A stretch of DNA of 64,000 nucleotides, from NCBI GenBank assembly GCA_965207885.1, contig OZ242311.1, forward strand, positions 4,544,001 through 4,608,000, read 5' to 3'. Positions 38,829 through 47,539 of this stretch are shown one piece after another (position 1 is the first letter of the stretch; the number at the start of each line of letters is the position of its first letter). A model generated the notes under the pieces. That model saw nothing but the letters and a program-made list of their open reading frames with translations, was not told where the DNA came from and ran no database searches. The stretch is from Candidatus Latescibacterota bacterium (GTDB lineage: Bacteria; Latescibacterota; UBA2968). The position numbers and the translations under genes were made by a program.

Positions 38829-39899
38829 CTACTGTTCTGCCCGTACCAGATCCATAACATCCCCTTCGAGCGTTTGTTGCAAAGTTGCAATGGCCTGTTG
38901 CGCCGCTGTTATTTGCGCGGCGTCGGAGGCGAGGGCATCGCGGAATGGGAAGGAGATTTTGCCAATTTCTGTAATGGTCGCCTGAATTTCCGCTTTGACA
39001 CGCTGGTCAAGGGCGGAGTCTTTGCTTTTGATAAATTCATCGAGGCCCATTGCTTCAACATTGTACCCCCCTTCATAAACATTTCGAATGCTGCGCATGT
39101 TGTCTTGAAAATCGAGGAGGGAGTTAAAGCTGAATTGCGATTCCACCAGGCGTGTGTCTTGCTCGGTAAAGGGATCGGCAATTTTGCCGTTTCCAACTTC
39201 GTCGGCAATGCCGACCATGCCGTTGACCATTTCCTGGACAGCGGCTTTTTGCGTGGTGTAGGCACTGCTTCCCGCGCCGGCATTTGCCACTTCTGCGCGG
39301 AAGTTTTCGCCGGATGCGATCCAACTCGTGTGCAAGTCTGTTGCCGCGTCTTCGAGCAATTCTGTTGCTGCGATCAAATAATCGTATTGGCGCGGGGTGA
39401 AGTCGTCGATGGTTTTGCTGCCGCCTTCGTCAAAGAGCAAAAATTCAATGGTGTGAAATCCCTTGAGTTCGTTGGCGAGGTTGTTTACAGATGTTTTGGT
39501 CAGGGGATCGCTGCTGCCCAGGACGGCTTCGAGGTCCGTGCGGTTGACGGGCCAGGAATCCAGCGCGGGGTCATAGCCGCTGAAATCAACGGGTCCAAAC
39601 AAAAAACCCTCGCTTTGTTCCCAGGGCGTACGCGCGGCCACCCATTTTGCTCGGGCTGTTCCCAGTGTAGCTGCCGAGGGCGCATTTTTGAGATTCGTCA
39701 CCGCGGTGAGGAGGTCTGTGGAGACGTCGGCAAGGTGTTTGTAGGTCGGGATAACTGTTTTGTCGGCAAAGTCGGTCAAGATGGGTGAAAAATCGTATCC
39801 AGGTTCTGGTTCTGGCGCGACCGGATTTTCGCCCTTGCTGCTGCAGGCCGTGAGGGAAAAGATGAGGATAATACCGAGTAAGGGTTTAATGCATTTCAT
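38829..39899 (-). CDS. Imelysin (peptidase M75/IrpA-like) iron-binding lipoprotein
   Basis: Lipobox LTAC, WEQSEGFLFGP, DSWP and the GFHTIEF GxHxxE motif. Confidence 0.9.
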   Translation of the reverse strand: MKCIKPLLGIILIFSLTACSSKGENPVAPEPEPGYDFSPILTDFADKTVIPTYKHLADVSTDLLTAVTNLKNAPSAATLGTARAKWVAARTPWEQSEGFLFGPVDFSGYDPALDSWPVNRTDLEAVLGSSDPLTKTSVNNLANELKGFHTIEFLLFDEGGSKTIDDFTPRQYDYLIAATELLEDAATDLHTSWIASGENFRAEVANAGAGSSAYTTQKAAVQEMVNGMVGIADEVGNGKIADPFTEQDTRLVESQFSFNSLLDFQDNMRSIRNVYEGGYNVEAMGLDEFIKSKDSALDQRVKAEIQATITEIGKISFPFRDALASDAAQITAAQQAIATLQQTLEGDVMDLVRAEQ

Positions 39900-39919
39900 G
39901 GTGATTCTCCTTTAAAAAG

Positions 39920-41161
39920 TTAGAATTGAAAACCGAGTGCAAAACTGGCGGTGTTTTCGCCATTGAAGTTGCCCGTGCCCACCCGGCGCATGGCATAGTC
40001 GCCTTTCAGGACGACGGCGTTGCCCATGGTGTAGTTGATGCCGAGCGTGTAAACGCGGCGTTGGAAACGCGGGTTGTCAAAAAAATTTTGTGGCATTTCG
40101 GCCATTGTGTCATAGCTATCAAATCGAAAGAACAGATGGCATTGATCCTCCTTATGCGAGGTGAAAAAGGGCATGATGTCGTAACCGGCTTCGGCGTAAA
40201 ACGCATACGCGGCACTGGCGACGGGCGTTCTCAAGACGTCGAGGTTGTTGGACAATGTGCGGTTGCGCTCGCTGACAATATCCGCATTTTGCAGGTTTCC
40301 GTAGAGGTACATGCCCTGTGCGCGGAAGCGGTTGTATCGCAGCACAGCGTGAATGTCAAAAATGGATACGTAGGCGTCCGTATCTTTCATGTCGGGTTTG
40401 GGGCGGTTGTCGGCACTGTTGCCGCGATAGCCCGATACGCCAAAGGTGAGGCCATCGACGAGGTGGTAGTCCAACCGACCCACAAGGGCCATGTTGGTTG
40501 CGCGGACTTCTTCAAAGCGCGTTTGATGCCCGCCCACTATCCAGTTTTGCGAATCGAAGCCCGTGGCGTCTAAGCCGTTGACGAGTTGGAGTTGATAGGT
40601 CAGGCGATTGGTGTGACCACTGATTTCAATACCGGTTTCGTGCCATATTGCCGGAATAACCGCGGTTTCCGATTCGGGGCGGCGGGTGCCAAAAAAGTCC
40701 GTGGGATGGTATTGCTCTGTGGTGAGACCCACCGCGACGTAGAAGTGGCCCAGGCGGATGTTGAAGGCGTCGCTAAATTCGCGTTTGATGTAGAGTTCTT
40801 CGAGGATGACTTCTCCACCTTTTTCCACTTCTGTTTCGTATTCGCCAAATTCCTCGTATTCGATTTCGAGGGCACCGCCCGTACCGCCGTGTTCGATTTC
40901 CACTTCGGTTTCCAGTTCGACACCGCGCAGCAGACGCAGTTCCATTTCGAGTGCCAAACGCGCAATATCTATGGTGGCGCGGCTATCTGGCGGCGAACCC
41001 GCTGGGCCGCTCTTCTGGTCGGGACCGTAATTGAAGTGGGAGTAGATGAGTTCACCGTATCCCGTGAATTTAATTTTGGGCGCTGACTTCTGGTCTTCGG
41101 CTATGATGCTTATGGGCAACGCGAGCGTTAGATAGATGCTAAATAAAAAAAGTCGGTTCAT
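39920..41161 (-). CDS. Outer-membrane beta-barrel porin, iron-locus type
   Basis: Signal peptide, FTGYGEL, EVEIEHGG, VILEELY, IPAIWHETG and C-terminal GFQF. Confidence 0.75.
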   Translation of the reverse strand: MNRLFLFSIYLTLALPISIIAEDQKSAPKIKFTGYGELIYSHFNYGPDQKSGPAGSPPDSRATIDIARLALEMELRLLRGVELETEVEIEHGGTGGALEIEYEEFGEYETEVEKGGEVILEELYIKREFSDAFNIRLGHFYVAVGLTTEQYHPTDFFGTRRPESETAVIPAIWHETGIEISGHTNRLTYQLQLVNGLDATGFDSQNWIVGGHQTRFEEVRATNMALVGRLDYHLVDGLTFGVSGYRGNSADNRPKPDMKDTDAYVSIFDIHAVLRYNRFRAQGMYLYGNLQNADIVSERNRTLSNNLDVLRTPVASAAYAFYAEAGYDIMPFFTSHKEDQCHLFFRFDSYDTMAEMPQNFFDNPRFQRRVYTLGINYTMGNAVVLKGDYAMRRVGTGNFNGENTASFALGFQF

Positions 41162-41177
41162 AAACCTCCCCTGAGCT

Positions 41178-41939
41178 TTATGTGCGATGTATGCGACGCT
41201 TTCGAGTGCGCCACCAGATGATCAGGCCGGAGATGGATAATCCGATCAGGCCCCAGGCGGCGATGTCGTAGAGATAGACAAACCAGTCGGCGAAGAAATA
41301 ACCCGTGTGAATCTGGTGTATGATCGTGTAAAGATCCCGTCCGGGTTCTGTGGATTGGCCGACAGAGGCCCAGGTTTTTCCGCCGTTGGAACTGGTGAGC
41401 AGGCCACCTGAGGTCCACAGGTTCAAATTTTGGGTGGAGCCTATGCCAATGCGCTGGAGGCGAACGCCTTCTGCAAGGGGCATAAATCCGAGGCCGACTT
41501 GCTCCCATATGATGCCGCCGTCGGTTGAGCGAATGAGGCCCAGGTCTTCGAGGACGACGTAAATGTGGTCGGGATTGTCGGGTGCGTAGGCGATGTCAAC
41601 GGCGCGTTCTGCAGCGAAGAGCATTGGGACTTCGGTCCAGGTTTTGCCGCCGTCTTCAGAAGAATAAAGGGCCGAGCGCGTGCCGCGATAGAGGTGTTGG
41701 GGGTCGCGGGGGTCAACCGCAAATGAGAGGGTGCGTTCAGAGGGCGCGCCGAGCAGGCTGGGGTGATTGAGCAAAAAACCCGAGACGGCGAGGAGTGATA
41801 AAAATATGAGTGCGCCGATGCCGATATAGCGATGGATTTTGCGGGAAAATCCGATGCGTTTTGTTCGCGTTCGGGGTTGCTTTTTGCGAAGCGGGATGGT
41901 TTTGCTCCCGCGTGTAGTAGCTTGAGATGTGTTACTCAT
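41178..41939 (-). CDS. Two-TM PepSY-type membrane protein with an inserted BNR/Asp-box domain
   Basis: RKIHRYIG...SGFLLNH and QIHTGYFF...SGLIIW flank SEDGGKTW, STDGGIIW and SSNGGKTW. Confidence 0.75.
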   Translation of the reverse strand: MSNTSQATTRGSKTIPLRKKQPRTRTKRIGFSRKIHRYIGIGALIFLSLLAVSGFLLNHPSLLGAPSERTLSFAVDPRDPQHLYRGTRSALYSSEDGGKTWTEVPMLFAAERAVDIAYAPDNPDHIYVVLEDLGLIRSTDGGIIWEQVGLGFMPLAEGVRLQRIGIGSTQNLNLWTSGGLLTSSNGGKTWASVGQSTEPGRDLYTIIHQIHTGYFFADWFVYLYDIAAWGLIGLSISGLIIWWRTRKRRIHRT

Positions 41940-42511
41940 GGTGATTCTTGTTGTGAATAAATGACATTGAGGACTGTGAGGACCCTCTTGACGCCCGCGT
42001 TTAAGGCGCGTACCGATAAGGTTGCACCACTGATGCCGATAATGTCGCGGTTGAGGCGAATGTGATGATCGATGTTTTTGTTCGTGTATTGGGTCAAGAA
42101 TCGCTGCCGTTTGACCTCACCGCCTCGCGATTCGCGATAGACCATGATCCATACACCGCCAACGCGGTGGTCGGGTTTGACTTTGACGATGAAGGTGATG
42201 GGTTTGTAGAGGCCAATTTGATTCGTGATGATCGCATATCCCTGATGTCGGTCATTTTTTTTTGCCTGAAAAATCGTGAAATCGGGTTCTTCGAGGCGCC
42301 ACCCCAACCGTCGTTCAATGCGCCAGCGTTCTTGTGGGGTTGGGGTCCAGACTTCGCTCCAGAGCGTGTCTGCATCTGGGAAGGCTCTTTTTAGAGCCTG
42401 TTCTTCTGTGAGGTAAACAGTGATAGCCTCTGGGCCATCGGGACCCTGCGCGAATCCAAGTCCCGCCAGCAGGCAGACCATGGTACAGAGCACGTACTTA
42501 TTTTTTATCAC
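41936..42511 (-). CDS. Extracytoplasmic FMN-binding (flavinylation substrate) protein
   Basis: Signal peptide, YRESRGGEV...FLTQY and DIIGISGATLS ([S/T]GA[S/T] FMN motif); GTG start with GGAGG. Confidence 0.85.
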   Translation of the reverse strand: MIKNKYVLCTMVCLLAGLGFAQGPDGPEAITVYLTEEQALKRAFPDADTLWSEVWTPTPQERWRIERRLGWRLEEPDFTIFQAKKNDRHQGYAIITNQIGLYKPITFIVKVKPDHRVGGVWIMVYRESRGGEVKRQRFLTQYTNKNIDHHIRLNRDIIGISGATLSVRALNAGVKRVLTVLNVIYSQQESP

Positions 42512-42557
42512 GGTTTCCTCCAGCCCGCCCAACCCCAGTTAGCCATAAATCATCCGG

Positions 42558-43676
42558 TTAGAAATACGATGCAATCGAAAAGAAGAGGCGTCCAATGCCA
42601 TCGCCTTTGTCGCCATTTGCTGGCGTTTTGTAGGTGGCGTTATAATCCAACTTGAAAGCCGTGTCTTCAACGGGACGGAAGTTCAAGCCAAAGGTGATCC
42701 CGTATTCCGAATCACCACTTACCGAGGTATCAAAATCGAGCCAGTCCCAGCGCACGATGGCTGTGAACACGGATTCTGATAAGAAATGATCGTGCCCAAA
42801 GTGAAAGTTGGTCTGTGCATAAGCACCGCGCTGGTCGCCATTAAATCCATCGGCGGTGGCCTGTCCGTATTCGCCCTGAAGTTCGATGGCTCCCTGTGTA
42901 AATAGCGCATCGAGACCGAAGATGGAGAGGCGGTTGTTGTCCGCATCGTCGTATTTGCCCGTGTGAAAAGAGGCGCCGAGGTCAATGCCCAGTCGCGGGC
43001 TGAAGCCGAACCGTCCGACGAGTGCTTTGTCGTTGTTGTTGTCCGTTTTTTGGCTGCCCCGTCCGCTTCGAATGCGGAGTTTACCGCCGGAGTTGACTTT
43101 TTCGTTGAACCCGTTGACGAGGTAGATTTCATAAGTTGCTACGGAGAGTTCAGAGGGATAAAAGGTGCCAAAGAAGCCCATTCCCGCCTCTGAGAGGGTG
43201 GATGGCATGATCTGACGGTTCACGGTGGGGCGTTCTGTCAGGTCGTTGAGCGGGCTATCGTGCAGGAGGTTAAAACGCCCGAGCGGGGAGAGTATGACAC
43301 CGCCCCGATAGTTGAAGGCTTCTTTAAAGGTGAAGTCCATGATGGCGAATTCGAGTTTGATTTCGCCATCGGTGTTGCTGCTGCCTTTGACGAGACCACC
43401 GTGCTCAAATTCGATTTCGCACGAAACGTGAATTCGGTCGGTGATTTCCGAAAAGATGAAGGGGATGAAACGGTGCTGGTCAAAGGTGCTGTCTTTTCCT
43501 TCTGTCCATTCAAATTCGTGGTCAATATATCCGCCGATAGCTACATTTCTGCCCATGCGTTTGATATAGGGTTTGTCGTATATGCTGCCGGGTAATTCGG
43601 GCCGTTTGTCTTCCTCGGCTATGGTGGGTAGTGCAAATGTCAGAGATAGAAACGAAACGAGTAGTTTGAAGCGCAT
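42558..43676 (-). CDS. Outer-membrane beta-barrel porin, distant paralog of 39920-41161
   Basis: Signal peptide, IGGY, EIEFEHGG, IKLEFA, LHDSP and C-terminal ASYF; AGGAGG RBS. Confidence 0.75.
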   Translation of the reverse strand: MRFKLLVSFLSLTFALPTIAEEDKRPELPGSIYDKPYIKRMGRNVAIGGYIDHEFEWTEGKDSTFDQHRFIPFIFSEITDRIHVSCEIEFEHGGLVKGSSNTDGEIKLEFAIMDFTFKEAFNYRGGVILSPLGRFNLLHDSPLNDLTERPTVNRQIMPSTLSEAGMGFFGTFYPSELSVATYEIYLVNGFNEKVNSGGKLRIRSGRGSQKTDNNNDKALVGRFGFSPRLGIDLGASFHTGKYDDADNNRLSIFGLDALFTQGAIELQGEYGQATADGFNGDQRGAYAQTNFHFGHDHFLSESVFTAIVRWDWLDFDTSVSGDSEYGITFGLNFRPVEDTAFKLDYNATYKTPANGDKGDGIGRLFFSIASYF

Positions 43677-43819
43677 GCTTTTCCTCCTGAGTGAAACACA
43701 ATGCCATTCAAAGTGGGTTGACATGATGCACGGGAAACCCTACTTTGAATGTGAGTTGTGCTTTTGGTGTGACTCAGACCATCTTCCGCCGGGCTGGCAG
43801 GCTCTTGAAACGGGAGGTG

Positions 43820-43920
43820 GTCTTTTTGTTTGGCGGTCTATAAAAATGTTTTACTAATAAAACACTCGCCCAACAAATAAAACAAGTGTTGGGTTTATGT
43901 CAATATTTTTTTACTAATTT
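43820..43920 (-). promoter_or_regulatory. Repeated promoter/operator module, copy A
   Basis: TTGACA on the minus strand at 43903-43898, CCCAACA/TGTTGGG inverted repeat, palindrome TGTTTTACTAATAAAACA at 43847-43864. Confidence 0.75.
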
Positions 43921-44190
43921 AAATGAATGGGTGAACCCACCCGTTCACTAAAATCGGTCGGGCCACCAAACGTGTGGATGACCGACTGGCCTTATAGAGT
44001 AATGAAAAATCGGACGTGCCCTCATTTCCGGCAGCCTGAATTAGCTCTATTTACCCACTGCCATGAAAATGCTGTCCAGGGATTTTTGAACATTTTTGAA
44101 ATTGGCGGACACGTCCATAGACGACTATAAATTTAATTGACAGTGCGATTAAAAAGCGCGATTAAAAAGTATGATAATGTATTGTAATAC

Positions 44191-44312
44191 CATTCACACA
44201 CCCTCACCGCTGGCGGCTTTGAGAACTATTATTTTGCCCAGCTACCACGAAAAGTGTAGGAGGCATCCCGGGACTTTGGAACTTAGCTTTGCAGGTGGCG
44301 GGTGTGTGAATG
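44191..44312 (+). ncRNA. Candidate structured RNA closed by a perfect 13-bp terminal helix
   Basis: CATTCACACACCC...GGGTGTGTGAATG with internal hairpins, in an intergenic region. Confidence 0.35.
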
Positions 44313-44356
44313 AATAACTTTTTCACAATATACACTTATCTTCTGGAACTTCAGAG

Positions 44357-45070
44357 TCAATCATTCGCTGTCGATTCCCGGTTTTGCATCGCCACGAAGT
44401 GGCGTTCCACCCGGCCTGTCGCCAGCATCGTACCGATGAGCAGTAACCATAGAACAAAGGCAGGCCCACTGAAATGATGTATACCAACCGTCGCGTCTAA
44501 CCATATAAATTGCATGGCGATGCCGATAACCGCAGATGCGGGTGCAACATATCTGAGCTGACCGCCGACTTTCCACTGGTACCGCGCCGCGAGGATGAGC
44601 GCCAATCCAGCTGCCGAGAAACCGATTTTGCCGGTGAACCATCGAAGGTATTCGGTCGTCTCTGCCGTGGCGGTCACTTCTGGTGCAATGGCAACAAGCG
44701 CGATTGTACACACCCCGGAAATGATCGTAAAAAGCCCAGACACAGCGAACAGCACCGGTACCAGAGGTGTACCCAGTCGCGCCTTGATAATCCAGGTTCT
44801 CGACAAAAACCACGCACCTGCAACCAGCGCAGCACCCGAGATCAGCCTGCCAGCACCTCCCGTAGCGTAAAGGCCACCACTCTCTGAGATCGCGACGAGC
44901 GATTCAGCAAACGTGGGCTGATCCGCGTCGGCGGCGACTCGTCCAATAACGGCAACACCTGTTGCTAATGCAGTCAATATCAGAGACAGCCCACCTTTAC
45001 GGGCGTTGGAATCCTGTGGCCGATCGACTGTCGCCCCGGTCGAAGTTGATGGATGCGATGATTCTTTCAT
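44357..45070 (-). CDS. Hypothetical multi-pass membrane protein
   Basis: About six hydrophobic helices; AGGAGGAG RBS before ATG 45070. Confidence 0.7.
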   Translation of the reverse strand: MKESSHPSTSTGATVDRPQDSNARKGGLSLILTALATGVAVIGRVAADADQPTFAESLVAISESGGLYATGGAGRLISGAALVAGAWFLSRTWIIKARLGTPLVPVLFAVSGLFTIISGVCTIALVAIAPEVTATAETTEYLRWFTGKIGFSAAGLALILAARYQWKVGGQLRYVAPASAVIGIAMQFIWLDATVGIHHFSGPAFVLWLLLIGTMLATGRVERHFVAMQNRESTAND

Positions 45071-45111
45071 AATGATACTCCTCCTGTTGGATTCTGTAAA
45101 AAGTGGCCAAA

Positions 45112-45240
45112 AAAGTCTTAAAGTTTGGTTTGGTAGCAGTCTTTTTTGTTTTGTGATATATAAAAATGTTTTATTAATAAAACAATCATCCAATAAATAA
45201 AACAAATGTTGGGCTTATGTCAATATTTTTTTAATAATTT
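45112..45240 (-). promoter_or_regulatory. Repeated promoter/operator module, copy B
   Basis: TTGACA at 45223-45218 and perfect palindrome TGTTTTATTAATAAAACA at 45167-45184. Confidence 0.75.
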
Positions 45241-45249
45241 AGGGATAAA

Positions 45250-45492
45250 TCAACACCGATTTGCCAATCGGTGACGGCAGGCAACGATAATAACAGACAG
45301 AATGGCAACACAGGCCACGACGTTGAGCACTTCAACCAATCCGCGCTCGAACCCCTGGAAAGAGAGCCAACCCAATATAGATAACGCGACAACGACTATG
45401 CCGATTCGCCTTTGAGGAAAACGCGAATCGGCCTTGCTGGTTTGAATCAGGAGAAAACCGATAAAAACGAGAGCCGCAAAGATAAGAATCAT
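45250..45492 (-). CDS. Small membrane protein downstream of PepSY (DUF3325-like position)
   Basis: 80 aa with three hydrophobic segments, in the TBDR-PepSY operon context. Confidence 0.55.
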   Translation of the reverse strand: MILIFAALVFIGFLLIQTSKADSRFPQRRIGIVVVALSILGWLSFQGFERGLVEVLNVVACVAILSVIIVACRHRLANRC

Positions 45493-45511
45493 AAAATTTC
45501 CCGTAATGGAA

Positions 45512-47176
45512 TCAGAGAGACGAATCTGTGGCTGTGCGACTCACATTCACTTCTGCGACGACAGGGGTGTCAACAGGTACTGGTGCTGTGGTCGCCTGGT
45601 CTGACACTTCTTCTGACAGATTTCGTTTCAGATACATGCCCCAGAAAAGGAGCACACCACAGCCCAGCAAAACAAGATCGACAACCGCGACGGCAAGACG
45701 GCCTTCGGCAAAAGCGGCAAACAGATGATCCTGGAATATCAGCGCGCGCAGTATAGGGGCCGATATTACACAAATGGCGGCCCCTCGCAACAGGTGCTGA
45801 TTGGCTCGCTGTTTGTGTGGGGTGTAAAACGCATAGACGAGAGCGCCAACCCAAAGCGTGCCGAATAACCAGCCACTGTACCCGTACCCAACCATTGGAT
45901 CAATCAGAGTGCGCAAGAGGGGCCACAATGCCAGCGTGCATGCCAGGGCAAAGGTCATGCCCCCGCAAATACCCGTTGTCAATACCGTCATGCGTTGGCA
46001 TTGGCGGCGGGTGCTATCGGTTGCATCGGGGGTAAGGCGTTTGGCTATCCAGATATATTGCCCGGAAGCCGCGATGAAAGCCCCGGCAATGCCCAGAATA
46101 AACCAGACCAACCGCGAAGAGAAACCGCCAAAATCGCCAAAATGAAGTGAAAACATGAGTCCAAAAAGTTTTGTTCCAGCAAAACTGCTTGTTGCTTCAA
46201 AAGCGGGTTCAAGGCCCAGATATTTGCCTGTGGCACCCTCATAGACGTGAGCCGGTGTTCTGGTGACACTGCGTTCAGAAAAACCGTCAATGATCACGCG
46301 TGCATTGGCATCGTTAGGGTGTGTGACAATGAGCCGCGCTGGACGAAAAGCGGGGTCGCGCGCAACAGCGTCGGCGAGTATGGCGTCGAGGTTCTTTGTT
46401 GGAACGACTTTGTCAGATGCTTCTGGCCAGGCTTTTTGAAACCACGGCCAAAAGTTCATCTGGCTGGTGTCACCGCCCGATGCGCCGATAGACATCCACG
46501 AAATCCAGGGGCCAGTATGTAATGCCATAGGAATCGCCGTTATGGCAATGACCGCAAAAAAGGGCAGTGCCCAAACGCCTAACAGGGTATGGAAATCTGT
46601 CCAAATGACGCGTTTGCCGCGTTTGAGGCGAAAATTAAAGAGTTTTTGGAAAAGTTGCCGGTGAGTGAAAACGCCCGTGATGAGCAATACAAACATGGCG
46701 AGAGATGCGGGACCGAGCACATAGGGTGCCACTTGATACGGCAAATGAAGATGGGTGTGCAACTCGGTGAAGAACCCCGCCATACCCGGTTCGGGGTCGG
46801 CTATTTCAACAAGTTGCCCGTCGTTTTGAAGCACTATGTGGGTGTGCGCGTTTTGGTGTTCGTTCTCGGTGCCACTTTCGTTGTGAATGTGCAGGTCCAT
46901 TTCTAACAAGGGGTGGTTGGGCCGCGGCAGCATGATCATGACCTGTTCGACTTCGCCTTCAGCTTTGGCCAGATGGTCTGCAACGAGTTGGTGCAGGTTG
47001 ATACGCGATTTGGCCTTGAGGTGCGCGTGGTGTTTTGGTGGTTCTTGCCATTGTTCCAACTCGTGGTGGAATACGGCCACCGAGCCGGACAACATGAGCA
47101 CAAAGATCAGCAAACCCAACAAGATGCCTGCCCATGTGTGGAGGGATAGATATTTGAGATATGTAAGTGATTTCAT
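45512..47176 (-). CDS. PepSY-associated TM helix protein
   Basis: LHTWAG, ELHTHL, DFHTLLG and LHFGDFGG motifs. Confidence 0.9.
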   Translation of the reverse strand: MKSLTYLKYLSLHTWAGILLGLLIFVLMLSGSVAVFHHELEQWQEPPKHHAHLKAKSRINLHQLVADHLAKAEGEVEQVMIMLPRPNHPLLEMDLHIHNESGTENEHQNAHTHIVLQNDGQLVEIADPEPGMAGFFTELHTHLHLPYQVAPYVLGPASLAMFVLLITGVFTHRQLFQKLFNFRLKRGKRVIWTDFHTLLGVWALPFFAVIAITAIPMALHTGPWISWMSIGASGGDTSQMNFWPWFQKAWPEASDKVVPTKNLDAILADAVARDPAFRPARLIVTHPNDANARVIIDGFSERSVTRTPAHVYEGATGKYLGLEPAFEATSSFAGTKLFGLMFSLHFGDFGGFSSRLVWFILGIAGAFIAASGQYIWIAKRLTPDATDSTRRQCQRMTVLTTGICGGMTFALACTLALWPLLRTLIDPMVGYGYSGWLFGTLWVGALVYAFYTPHKQRANQHLLRGAAICVISAPILRALIFQDHLFAAFAEGRLAVAVVDLVLLGCGVLLFWGMYLKRNLSEEVSDQATTAPVPVDTPVVAEVNVSRTATDSSL

Positions 47177-47487
47177 GGGCTTTCCTTTATGAAAAAAGGT
47201 AGAAGCGCAAAAAGCGTGGCGACAATCTGGGTTGTGCAGACGCGCTTGATAGACGGGTCAAAAAAGCAGTGAAAAAACGCGGCGGCCCACAGCGTTGTCC
47301 AGAGCAAAATGACCGAAACGATAAAACCATCGGCACCGCGCAAAAACAAAAATGTGAGTGCCTGGCTGACGACTGTTGCAAAGATAAAGGGCAATACGAT
47401 TGCGATAACAGTACGCCAGGGGGCATGTGTAAAAGCCCGACGGAAATTGCCAATTGGTTTTTTGGTGTCTGCCATTTGTGGTTTCAC
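47173..47487 (-). CDS. Small membrane protein upstream of PepSY (DUF3649-like position)
   Basis: Three TM segments; ATGA overlap with the PepSY start. Confidence 0.6.
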   Translation of the reverse strand: MKPQMADTKKPIGNFRRAFTHAPWRTVIAIVLPFIFATVVSQALTFLFLRGADGFIVSVILLWTTLWAAAFFHCFFDPSIKRVCTTQIVATLFALLPFFIKESP

Positions 47488-47539
47488 TTTTACAGTGAAG
47501 GTTCTGGCATTCTCTTGCAGAATGCCAGAACCGGTGTGT

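Noticed and set aside
43770-43810. NiCo/czcD or yybP-ykoY riboswitch in the porin leader
   Set aside because: Only short motif resemblance; the conserved junctions could not be assigned.
44191-44312. Retron msr-msd
   Set aside because: No reverse transcriptase in the window and no long msd hairpin.
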